Origin: Thecamonas trahens ATCC 50062
Lineage: Eukaryota > Protista > Apusomonadida
NCBI RefSeq assembly: GCF_000142905.1
Contig: NW_013657620.1
Coordinates: 157,319 to 221,318 of the forward strand
Direction: 5' to 3'
Length of the DNA stretch: 64,000 nucleotides
The translations under genes and the position numbers were made by a program. Positions within the stretch are counted from its first letter, which is position 1. The number at the start of each line of letters is the position of its first letter. Under the pieces are notes generated by a model. That model saw only the letters and a list, made by a program, of their open reading frames with translations. It did no database searches and was not told the DNA's origin. Below are positions 20,658-31,500 of this stretch, in pieces.

Positions 20658-21254
20658 ATGGTGTTGACGCTGCTTGTTGCGGTTACCATTGCAGGAGCAA
20701 AGGGCGGCAAGTCGAGCAGTTACAGCAGCAGCAGCGGCGAGAGTAGCGAGGACAGGACGTATGACGACTTGATCGAGCACTCAGAGTGGGAGGGTTGGGA
20801 TGCTACCGTGGATGATGACCGATATGTGTTCTTTATGGCCGACAAGGACTGGAGCTCGGGTTTCTGGCATGTCAAGGCTACGGTGCCTGAGGACGCCACA
20901 CTGGCCCAGCTTACGCTGCAGATTCTGCGATGGAAAATCCGATACTACGTCAATCACAAAACGGTGATGCATCACAGCAGTACGACGACGTGGGAGACGA
21001 GCATGGAGGGCGTTCTTACCTTTATCAAGCCCAATGCAGCAGTCTTTGACTTTGACGAGGGCTTGCCGCCGCCGCCGGGCGCTCGCTGCTGCTGCTTCAA
21101 AGATTGCTCGGGCACGTACCATCGCCGCAGCTTCGAGGCCGATGTCTCAGGCACGATCACCCGCAACGGTAAGTCTGTCCGTGGCAAGAGCTCAAGAAAA
21201 CTCAAGGCCGGTAACTACGACATACCCGTCCTGCTTCGTGATGAACGCGCCTAG
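20658..21254 (+). CDS. Hypothetical secreted protein
   Basis: 198-aa ORF with signal-peptide-like MVLTLLVAVTIAGA and a beta-rich body with a CCC motif; no family recognised. Confidence 0.55.
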   Translation: MVLTLLVAVTIAGAKGGKSSSYSSSSGESSEDRTYDDLIEHSEWEGWDATVDDDRYVFFMADKDWSSGFWHVKATVPEDATLAQLTLQILRWKIRYYVNHKTVMHHSSTTTWETSMEGVLTFIKPNAAVFDFDEGLPPPPGARCCCFKDCSGTYHRRSFEADVSGTITRNGKSVRGKSSRKLKAGNYDIPVLLRDERA

Positions 21255-21940
21255 TGCTGTGCCCAGCCGCGCCCGCGCCCGCGACCACGCATTGCCGCCG
21301 TACTCGGCCATTATCCGACCATGACCCTCCCCCAGCCCCCCGCCCCCCAACCACCACCACCAGCAGAATCGCCACCCCCAGCATGATTATCACTCGTCCC
21401 ATCAATCACCAACCCCCCTCCAACCACCCCATCAACCACCACTCCCTTGGGCCTGACCCCCGCCCCCCCAACCCACCACCACCAGCAGNNNNNNNNNNNN
21501 NNNNNNNNNNNNNNNNNNNNNNNNNNNNNNNNNNNNNNNNNNNNNNNNNNNNNNNNNNNNNNNNNNNNNNNNNNNNNNNNNNNNNNNNNNNNNNNNNNNN
21601 NNNNNNNNNNNNNNNNNNNNNNNNNNNNNNNNNNNNNNNNNNNNNNNNNNNNNNNNNNNNNNNNNNNNNNNNNNNNNNNNNNNNNNNNNNNNNNNNNNNN
21701 NNNNNNNNNNNNNNNNNNNNNNNNNNNNNNNNNNNNNNNNNNNNNNNNNNNNNNNNNNNNNNNNNNNNNNNNNNNNNNNNNNNNNNNNNNNNNNNNNNNN
21801 NNNNNNNNNNNNNNNNNNNNNNNNNNNNNNNNNNNNNNNNNNNNNNNNNNNNNNNNNNNNNNNNNNNNNNNNNNNNNNNNNNNNNNNNNNNNNACCCACA
21901 CACCCACCCCCACCCCCACCACCCCCTCCACACACACACC

Positions 21941-23803
21941 ATGTCCTCGGGGCTACGGGTCTCATACTTCCACTCGGAATCCGTGGGTGGCTTCTACTAT
22001 GGCCGGGGTCACCCCATGAAGCCTCCACGGCTGTCGCTGACCCATGCCCTTGTCAAGGCTTATGGCCTCGACCGCCAAATGGAGGTCTACTCGCTGCGGA
22101 GGGCCACGGTGGAGGAGGCCCTGCTCTTCCACACGCCCGAGTATGTCTCCTTCCTGGCAGAGCTGGATGGCATCGACCTTGGCTCGCCGCCTAGGACCCT
22201 TCCTCCTGCTACAGGCCTTGTCCTCGCTCCCCGCGATCCGTACTCGGCCCGTCTCGCTCGCTGCTTTCCTCCGCTCGGCCTGCCCATGGCCTCGACATCA
22301 CGCTCGCCTCGCCCGTCATCGCTGTCGCACGGGCGACAGGCTGGCCACGGCCATCAAGGATGCTTGACTCCTCAAGTGAGTCAGCAGTCGGCTGAAGATC
22401 TTGCTGCCGCCAAGAAAGCGCTGGAAGAGTCGATGCGGAGACACAACCTCGGCCACGACGATGTGCCGGTCTTTGACGGCGTCCTCGACTTTTCGCTCCT
22501 CTCCTCGGGCGGCTCCATCGACGGCGCCGCAAGGCTCAATGCAGGCGTGTGTGATGTGGCCATCAACTGGTCCGGCGGCCTCCACCACGCCAAGAAGCAG
22601 GCCGCCTCGGGCTTTTGCTACATGAACGACATTGTGCTCGCCATTCTGGAGCTGCTCAAGTTCAACCCGCGCGTCCTCTACATCGACATCGACGTCCACC
22701 ACGGCGATGGCGTGGAAGAGGCCTTTTACGAGACCGACCGTGTCATGACCGTCTCCTTCCACATGTACGGCGAAGGGTTCTTCCCGGGCACCGGCGCCCG
22801 CGAGGACATCGGCGAGGGTGAGGGCAAGCAGCACGCTATCAATGTTCCGCTCCGCGCAGGCATCGACGACCGTTCGTATGCTTACATCTTCAAGCCGGTC
22901 ATCGCCGCCATCATCGAGTCATACCAGCCCACCGCCATCGTCCTCCAGTGCGGTGCAGACTCGCTGGGATGCGACCGCCTCGGCTGCTTCAACCTCACCA
23001 TCGGCCAGCATGCAGACTGCCTCGCCTTTGTCAAGTCGTTTGGCATCCCGCTGCTCGTCCTCGGTGGCGGCGGGTACACCGTGCCCAACGTCGCCCGCCT
23101 TTGGACCGTCGAGACCGCCACCGTCCTCGACGTCGAGCTCACCAACGACGTCATCCCCTACACAGAACACTTTGACTTGTTCGGGCCATCGTTCAAGCTT
23201 ATTCCCGATACCCACGCCGGCATCGCTAACCTCAACACCCGCACCTACCTCGACAAGATGAAATCCGACATTCTGCAGCAGCTCAAGACCATTCCCTTTG
23301 TCCCGGCCGTCCAGATGTCCACCATTCCGCCGGCTGCCTACCGCGCTGGCGAGTGGAACGCCGCCCTCACCGACGACGCCGACCCCGACGACCGCTCCGC
23401 TCACGCTGCAGGCGTCTCGGTCCTGCGCGCCCCGGGCGTTGAAGGCGAGCTCTTTGCTGCAGACTCGGACAACGTCGGCGAGACCTCCGGCGCTCCGCCC
23501 AAGACCACAACCCCTCCCAAGCCCGCCGCCACTCCGGCAACCCCAAACCCGACGCCTGCCACTGCACCTGCCACACCCAAGCGGAAGCGTAGCTCGCCGG
23601 TTCCTGACCTGCCGCCGACCAAAAAGCACGCTCCGCTCGCATCCGCGCCCGCTCCCGCCAACACTCTGCCCGCCACCACCGACACCGGTGTCACCGACGG
23701 CACCGCCGCGGACGCGTCAGCCATGGACATCGCGCCGCCAACCCAGGCCGACTCGGACGTCCTCGTCGCCGCACCAGGCACCGCTGCTTTATCCAGACAC
23801 TGA
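21941..23803 (+). CDS. HDAC3: Class I histone deacetylase, HDAC3/Hos2-like
   Basis: GHPMKP, NWSGGLHHAKK, SGFCY, YIDIDVHHGDGV, FFPGTG, YQPTAIVLQCGADSLGCDRLGCFNL, GGGGY. Confidence 0.9.
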   Translation: MSSGLRVSYFHSESVGGFYYGRGHPMKPPRLSLTHALVKAYGLDRQMEVYSLRRATVEEALLFHTPEYVSFLAELDGIDLGSPPRTLPPATGLVLAPRDPYSARLARCFPPLGLPMASTSRSPRPSSLSHGRQAGHGHQGCLTPQVSQQSAEDLAAAKKALEESMRRHNLGHDDVPVFDGVLDFSLLSSGGSIDGAARLNAGVCDVAINWSGGLHHAKKQAASGFCYMNDIVLAILELLKFNPRVLYIDIDVHHGDGVEEAFYETDRVMTVSFHMYGEGFFPGTGAREDIGEGEGKQHAINVPLRAGIDDRSYAYIFKPVIAAIIESYQPTAIVLQCGADSLGCDRLGCFNLTIGQHADCLAFVKSFGIPLLVLGGGGYTVPNVARLWTVETATVLDVELTNDVIPYTEHFDLFGPSFKLIPDTHAGIANLNTRTYLDKMKSDILQQLKTIPFVPAVQMSTIPPAAYRAGEWNAALTDDADPDDRSAHAAGVSVLRAPGVEGELFAADSDNVGETSGAPPKTTTPPKPAATPATPNPTPATAPATPKRKRSSPVPDLPPTKKHAPLASAPAPANTLPATTDTGVTDGTAADASAMDIAPPTQADSDVLVAAPGTAALSRH

Positions 23804-25471
23804 CAGCACCGACGCCGAGTCGCTCTCTTCCTCGCTGCGTTCCTCTGACAACAAAACCACCGACGACAAGCTCCGCGCCGAGCCACTGCCTCCGGCCTCG
23901 GCCATCTCCACGCCCACTGCTGCCGCCTGCTTGCGCCGACCGCGGAACTCGCGGAGTGTGGTCCGCAGCACGAGCAGGAGCGCGAGACAGATGGCCGCGA
24001 TGGCCATGACCACAAAGAGGGCGTGGGAGACAGGATTGGGAAAGTCATCGGCCCAGAAAAAGGCCCCGAGGAGGAGAAGAAAAATGACAATTGAGTCGAG
24101 CTGAAGCTCGAGCCTGTTGTGAGCAGGTAGGCGAAACGGCGCGAGCCGGAGCTGGATGGCGGCAAACGAGGCAAAGAGTACCACAAGCAGGAAAATGAGC
24201 CACACCATGAGCCGAGAGAAGAACAGCGACGCCGCAACAAGTACCAGCCGCTTGCCGAGGAGCCACACTTCGTACATGTAGAACTGCGGCTTGAAGGCGC
24301 GGTAGAGGATGCCGAGCTTGATCTGGATCTGTGGTTCGTGCAGTACCCGCCGCGACCGCCACAGCGCAATGCCCACGTACGCTGGAAGCCCGATGACGTA
24401 CATGACCACTGCGTAGAGTCCAAACGGGAGCATTGTGTACCACTGCGCGTCGTAGCAGTTTTCGCCGACGTCAGCGTCAAGCACGTACTCACCCGACGGG
24501 AGCCGCGTGCAGTCAAACAGCAGCAGCGAGCCGTGTGCCGCCGTGATGTACATCATCGGCCCAAGGACACAGAGTGCACGCTGGACAACCGCGCCCAACC
24601 GAACATGGCCCATACCACACAACCAACGCGCACATCCGGCAGCAAAAGCAATCAGTACCACAAGCGCCGTCGGGAGCAGAACAGAGAGCACGTACGTCTC
24701 GACAAATCCGCCGAGCACGCACTCTGCACCCACCAGCGAGATGGTGAGGTTGAAAATCGAAAAGGTGTTGAGGAGCGCAAAGACCGCGCTGGGCCATTTG
24801 AGTAGCGTCGCCGAGCCGATGACCGCAAGCGTCTGCACAAACAGCACGCCAGCCTTGACTCCGTGCGGCAGCGAGGCCAGGGCCCGCATATCCTCCCCAC
24901 GTCGGTACGTTAAGCGGATTACGCCTGCCAGTCCGGCCACCAGCACCACCGCCAGCGCCACCAGAAACGTCGCAAACGCCGCCCGCGCGTAGCCTGGACA
25001 CATGGCACAATCGCCGTCAGCATCGGTGTAGTACCCGCTGCCACATACCCGGCACATAAAACCGCTCGTGCCCTCGGCGCACTGCGAGTCCGCCATGCAC
25101 GCGCTAGGTCGCGGGCACGCCTCCAGCTGCAGTACCGCGCCAGTCACGTTGGAGACATCAAAGTAGCCAGCCGCTGCAGACGGCCGCCGCAGCGAGTCGC
25201 CGACGCACACGCCGCCGCGTGGGCACGCCACACACGCCACATCCGGTACGAGCCGAGGCGCATAGTACCCGGGCTTGCACACGCATGGCGGGGCAAACAA
25301 GGTACTGCCCTTGGACACGCGTCGGGTGTGGTCCGGGCATGCTGGATACGCCACGCACGCTTCGGCAGAGAGCGTGTACGAGAACGATCCCTCGGAACAC
25401 GGTGCGCAGATGAGCGGGCTGGCCGCAAACATACCGTAACCGGCCGGACATGCATCCACCCGTACCGACAT
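23789..25471 (-). CDS. Cys-rich (GCC2/GCC3, ephrin-receptor-like repeats) multi-TM membrane protein
   Basis: CAPCSEGSFS, CVACPRGGVC, ACPRPSAC, then about 7 TM helices with the DC...C..W and LGILYRAFKPQFYMYE motifs. Paralogue of 54648-57630. Start uncertain. Confidence 0.78.
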   Translation of the reverse strand: MSVRVDACPAGYGMFAASPLICAPCSEGSFSYTLSAEACVAYPACPDHTRRVSKGSTLFAPPCVCKPGYYAPRLVPDVACVACPRGGVCVGDSLRRPSAAAGYFDVSNVTGAVLQLEACPRPSACMADSQCAEGTSGFMCRVCGSGYYTDADGDCAMCPGYARAAFATFLVALAVVLVAGLAGVIRLTYRRGEDMRALASLPHGVKAGVLFVQTLAVIGSATLLKWPSAVFALLNTFSIFNLTISLVGAECVLGGFVETYVLSVLLPTALVVLIAFAAGCARWLCGMGHVRLGAVVQRALCVLGPMMYITAAHGSLLLFDCTRLPSGEYVLDADVGENCYDAQWYTMLPFGLYAVVMYVIGLPAYVGIALWRSRRVLHEPQIQIKLGILYRAFKPQFYMYEVWLLGKRLVLVAASLFFSRLMVWLIFLLVVLFASFAAIQLRLAPFRLPAHNRLELQLDSIVIFLLLLGAFFWADDFPNPVSHALFVVMAIAAICLALLLVLRTTLREFRGRRKQAAAVGVEMAEAGGSGSARSLSSVVLLSEERSEEESDSASVLSVSG

Positions 25472-25532
25472 CCGAGTCGGATGTCTGTCTCGCGGGCAGG
25501 AATGGAATGAACGGTTACGAGGTGGTTTAGGA

Positions 25533-28500
25533 CTACAAAGCCTTGTTGAGGTTTTGCTGGAGGCGGGCGAGCTCCTCCTCCATGCGGCGGACCTTTTCCT
25601 GGCGCTCAAACTTCTCGCGGATGGAGAGCGAGCGGTTGCCGTTGTCGGCAACGTCGTCCTCGATAGAGGCCTCGACGGTGGAGACGAGGTCGCGGGTGGC
25701 GCGCTTGACAGCCTTGGCAGCCTTGTCGAGACGGACCTGCGGTTCCGAGACGAGCGAGGCGGCCTTGGCACGGGCGGCCATGACGAGGTGGGCTGTGGCA
25801 GAGGACACAACCTGCGACGCGGCGACGATGTAGGCGTCGTCGCCATCACCCTTGACAAAGGCGTCGGCGTAGATGACGAGCTGCTCGGTAGCAGCGACAA
25901 CTTCGCGTGCGGCGGAGACAAGACCCTCAGCCCACTTGGGGTCGGCATGGAAGACTTCCCCGTCGTGAGTGGCGCCCGATGCCACGATTTCAGCCTGAGC
26001 AAGCTGTGCGGCACGGACAAGCTCTGCGGTGGCGTCGGCCATGCCGAGGCATGAGCCGAGGAGCGATGACGAGTAGCGGGCCGAGGCCGAGGCGAGCGCA
26101 GCCTGCTCGGCCTGGAGCTCGCGGAGGCGGGCGGCGGCGGCGTCAATCGAGTCGGCGGCCGAGTTGAGTGCGCGCTCGGCAACGTCTGCGGGCGCATCCG
26201 AGAGGTCAGCGGGTGCCTGACCGAGGAACGAGGCGACGCCGACAAGGTCTGCGACAGCAGTACCGACGGCGCGCGAGGCCGGCGCGAGATCACTCGGCTC
26301 GGCGCTCACATCCTGCATGCGCTCGAGAAGAGTAGCCAGGGCATCGGCAAGGGCGCGGGCGGCAGAGAGGAGGCCCGAGACGTCAGCGTCTGGCAGACCC
26401 GGGGCGGCGGCGGCGGCAGCGACAAGGGCGAGGAGCGGCACTGCAGAGGCAGCAAGATCGTTTGCACGGGCAGCAATGACGTCCTGGCCCTTTGTCGACG
26501 CAAAGTAGAGCTTTGCAGCGGCGGTGTTTGTGGCCTTGGCAGCCGGAATGAGCTCCTCACCCGAGACAGAGCCATGAGCGCCGGCGGGTGACGCAGCGCC
26601 GGCGGCGAGCTCGTCGCGAGCCTTTGCAATCTTGGCGGCCGCTGAGAGGAGCGCCTTTGTGCCAGCCATGGCGTCCGCGGCGGTCTCCTTTGCGGCGTTG
26701 ATCATGGCGGCGATGGCCATGGCCACGGCCTTCGCGGCCGCCTTGACAGCCTTCTTGGCGTGCTTCTTGGCGCCGCCAGAGGCCTCGCCGTTGGCCTGGC
26801 AGGCGTCGATGAAAGTGACAAAGGCAGTCGCGAGGGCCTTGGCGGCGTTGAGAAGTGGGATTTGGAGGGCGGCGGCGTCGAGGCCCGAAGCGGCCGCGAC
26901 GACGATGAGCACGAGGTGCTTGACGGCCTCAGCCGAGTGAAGAGCGATGGTGCCGAGAGCAGCGAGCGGGCCGTCGGCAGCCTTGAGCATCTCCGACACG
27001 GCGTGGGCGACGGTCTTGCACTGAGCGTCGATGGCGTTCTCGTGCGACTTGTACGACTGGGTGGCGCGGACGTAGAGCTGCTCGTTCGAGGCGAGGTAGA
27101 GCGAGGTGGAGAGCTCGACAAGGGCCTCCTCGATGACGCGCTTGGCCTCCTCCGACTCCTTTTGCAGGGCGCCGACAGCCTTGGAGGCGAGGAGCAGGCC
27201 AGTGATGTCCTTAGTGACGGCTTCCGAGGCGCCCGATACACCAGCCTTGGCTGCAGCGTCTTTTGGGGAGAGTTCGACGGCCTTGGCAGCCTCGACGAGG
27301 CCGATGCAAGCGTCGGCGAGTGAGCGCATGGCGGCGTCGAGGGCTGCGGCAGCGTCGGTGCCGGCCACCAGCGCCGACTCGCCGATGACAACGGCAACAA
27401 GGTCTGGGAAGATCTTTGCAGCGTCTTTGGAGGCGGCGCCGAGCTCGCTGGGCGTGTCCTTGGAGGCGTGGACGATCTTGGCCATGGCGCCGACGAGGCG
27501 CTTGGCGGCAGCGCGCAGGGCGCGCTCGAGCTCCTTGTGCGCCTTGGTGGCCGGCGGGGCAAGCTTGCGGTCAAGGGCACGGGTCGCGTTCTCGATGTTG
27601 ACGATGGCAACGTCGCAGTCGTGGCCCGACGCCGCGAGCGAGCCCAGAAAGTCGACAAGGGCCTGGAGCGTCTCAAGGGTCAGCGCGTTTCCGGTCTGGG
27701 TGGCCTTGAGCGCGCCACGAGCATCCGGGTCGCCTCCTGCGTCGCGGGCGGCGCTACAAACCGAGTTTGCCTGCTCCACGACGTCCTTGGCGAGGCGGAG
27801 GGTCTGGGCGGCCGACGCAACGTCGGCCGAAGTGGTGGCGACGGTGAGTGCGGCGGCTCCAAACTTGCCCACGACACCGGCGAGGCTGTCTCCGGCGGTA
27901 GCGAGCGCCTTGGGCGAGGTGCCTGCGGCGAGAACAAGAGCGTTGAGAGCGTCTGAAAGCTCGCGAGCAGCCACAAGAAGGTCGTTGACATGCAGTCCGT
28001 GATCGGGGCTCGGAGCGAGCGCGAGGGCACCGACCGAGATGTTGAGGCCGGCGTCGGCGAGTTTGGCGACGACGGTCGAGCCTGTGGCAATGGCGCGCTC
28101 GCAAGCGGCCTCGCCCGGACCTGCGTAGCGGGTGGCATCAATGAGCGCGTCAAGAGCGTCAGCGACGGGCGCGGCGGCAGATGAGAGCATGGCCGACGAG
28201 GAGGCGTCGTCGGGCGCGGCCGTCGACATCTTGGCGGCGCCAACCAGGTGGCCGAGGGCGTCGGCAAGCTCGGCGGCGAGCGAGAGAAGATTGAGCTGGG
28301 CAGCAACGCCTGGCGGGAGCTGGCCGAGGCTAGCGGCCGGGCCTAAGGCGGCGAGGGCAACACTGGAGAGGCTGCCCGAGTCCGGGTTTGTCAACGCAGC
28401 GTCTCCAGTCGCAGCCGAGGCGTCGATCATCTCGCGCTGGCGCAGCGCGAGAGCGAGAGCGGCCGAGGAGGATGCGGCCGAGGCGCGGCCAGTTGAGGCA

Positions 28501-31500
28501 AAGCGGATCTTGGCAAACTCGTTGAGCTTTGTGCACTTGACGGCAACATTTTTGGCCCGCGAGAGGAACTTGGAGTGCAAGTCCGAGTCGTCTCGCTTGG
28601 GCACGTAGGCGCCTGCAGCGAGAATGAGCTTGCGGGCGGCCTTTTGGAGGGCGGTGGCGTAGACTGCCATCTCGTTGACGACAGCGTCGTCGTCAACGAG
28701 TTCGGCCTTGTCGTTGAGTGCAGAGGCGAGGGCCATGACGGCGCGGCCGACGGCGGCGACGGTCTTGAGCAGGGCCTTGTCGGGCTTGTGGGCCGAGTCA
28801 GCCTGGATCATGGTGCGAATGGCGTCGAGGCAGTCCTTGACGGCTGGCTTGAAGGCGGCTGGTGAGAGGCCCGATGGCCCGGTACCCGGGAGCGAGGCGG
28901 CGGCGGTGAGGACCGCGTCAACAACGGTGACGGTTACGTCAGCGAGCTCAACCGATGCAGCACCTGTCTTCTTGGCCTTGCCTGCCTTGGCGTAGAGGGC
29001 GAGCTGGTCGGTGGCCTGCGAGAGCTCCTTGGCGGCACCGAGGAGCTCAGCCTGTGCCGACTTGAAGGCAGCCTCGTCGCCGTCGGGCAGCTCGTCGAGA
29101 ACGAGGCGTTTTGCAGCAGCTTCGATGCGCTGTGCGGCGAGCTCGCAGTTGGCGGCGACTGAATCGCCTTCGACCATCTCGCCCGAGGCGAGGGCGCGAA
29201 GGAGGACCTCGAGGGCCGAGGCCGCTGAGTCTGCAGCGGCGCGGAGGGCGGTGGCGGTGTCGGGAGAGTCAAAGTCACAGGCGTAGGCCTTTGTGGCGGC
29301 GAGGGCGGCAACGATCGACTCGGCAGCAGCGCGGGCCGAGGCGACAATGGAGGCGCGGGCGGTGGAGACCGAGGTGAGGGCGGCGCAGTTCATGGAGAGG
29401 GCGAGGACAGACTTGACAAGGTCGAGAACAGTGGAGACAGCGTGGGAGAGGGCGTCCGGCGACTCGTTGGCGGCCGGGTGGAGCTGCAGGAGGCCGGAAG
29501 CGAGGGCGCGGACAGCGCCTGAGAGCTCCACCTTGGCATCATCAAAGACGTCGTCGGCATCGACGGGCGGGAGAGCACGCGGATCAAGGCAGGCGGCGGC
29601 GGCCTCGATCTGAGAAATGGCGACGTCGATGGTGCCGATGCCCGGGAGAGCCTGGCGGAGGGCGACAAGGGTAGCGGAGAGAGCAGTAGCGGTGGCGTCG
29701 AGCTTGTGGGCGAGCTGAGGGTCCGAGTTGTGGAGCATGCCAGCCTTTGCAACGAGGGCAAAGGCGAGGGTGGCATCTGCGGCATCCTTGCCTGCAACTA
29801 GGCAGGCGCTCGTGGTTGCGGACGACGACGAGTTGACGGCGACAGCCTCTGCGGCATCGACGAGGTATTGGATCTCGTCGGCCATGGCCTTGATGGACGA
29901 TGAGAGCTCCGCTGCGCGGGCGTCGAGGACGGCGGCAGAGGTGAGCACGATGAAGCCGGCCATGGAGGTGAGGTTGGAAAGGAGCTCGTCCTGGGCGGAC
30001 TGCTGGGTGGCGTTGGACTCTGGGGCAAGGGTACCTGCGGCGTGATCGGCTAGGGCGCCTGTGACGTCGTCGATCGACTCGCGCATGTTGGCGAGGGCGT
30101 CGTCAACCTCGAGCTGCCAGCAGGCGGTGGAAGCATCCTTGAGCGAGGCCTTGAGGGTGGCAAGGGCGTCTGCGAGGGCCTGTGCGGCGGAGAGGAGGTA
30201 AATGGAGTCGTCGGAGAGGGCAGCAGCGGCCTTGCCAACTTGAGCAAGGATGGTGAACTTGCGAATGGCGGTGCCTGCGGACGAGATGAGCTCGGCTTGG
30301 TAGGCCGAGTCGTTTGGCGCAGCGAGGAAGACGTAGAGCGCGTGGGTGAGTGCGTCTGCTGGCGCGGTGACTGCGGTCATGGCGCGGTCGAGGTCGGCCT
30401 TGCGCGACTGGTTTCGGATGTCGTTGAGTTCGAGGGCGGCTTCGGTGACGGTGAGTTCGACGGCGGCAAGGGTGGACTTGGAGGCGGCGACGAGGGTGTT
30501 CATGGCGGCGATGCGAGTGCGGACCATCATAAACTGGGAGGCGTAGTCGCCGACGTTGGCTGCGGCGGTGATCGTCTTTGCGCGCTTCTTCTCCGAGTCA
30601 AGCGACTTGGAGAGCGAGGTGGAAGCCGAAATGAGGTTCATCATGGCCTCGGAGAGGTCCTTGGCGGCGGCAAGGAGCGACTTCTGGAGCTCCGAATCAA
30701 TGACCGACTGGGCCTCGAGGTCTGCGAGGAGGCCGAGGCGGGCGGCGTCGTTGGCGACGCCCTTCATGGCGACGAGCAGACGCTTCTTCTTGAGTCTGTC
30801 CGACGAGACGAGGGCGATGAGTTCAGCAACGTCCGCCTTGACAAGGCCTGCGGCGTCCTCGACTTCGGCAGAGCGGTCTGCAGGGTGAACGACCGAGTCC
30901 TTAGCGTCAATGAGGGTGGCAAGGGCGTCGCGGACGGCGGCGGCGGCGGCAAGGAGGTCGTCGGCGCCGGGCGGAAGCGTGACGAGAAGGTCGTCGAGCG
31001 CTGCGAGCCGAAGACGGAGCGCCTCGACTTTGGAGTCCATGGCTGCGAGCTGGTCGTCGTCGGCGTAGGCGACTGCGGCGAGCGAGAGGGTGGAGCGGAG
31101 CTTGTCGCCTTCGAGCGAGAGGCTGCTGAGCTCCGCAGCGACGGCGGCCTCGGGCGAATCAGGATCAGTAGACGAGAGGCGCGGGAGGAGGCCGGTCATG
31201 TCCTTGAGGGCGGCGGCGACAGCATCGGCAGCGGCGAGGAGGTCGAGCATGTTAGCGGGAAGCTCGGGAATGTCGTTGACGGTGCCGATGACCTGGGTGG
31301 AGCCGAGGAGGTTCTTGAGGGCAAAGCCGACGTCGCGGGAGGCCTCCAGCAGGTCGCTGAGGGCGATGGTGTCAACCTCGCCGGCGGCAGTACCGAGGGC
31401 AGCGACGGTGGCGGCCTTGACCATGACGGATGAGTTTGCGGCGAGCTTGGCCATGTCGTCGAGGCAGTCGTCGCCGTCCTTATCCGAGATGCCAGCGGCG

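Noticed and set aside
25472-26293. N-terminal extension of the 834-aa TM ORF
   Set aside because: Overlaps the talin C-terminus in another frame; GC-rich shadow ORF.
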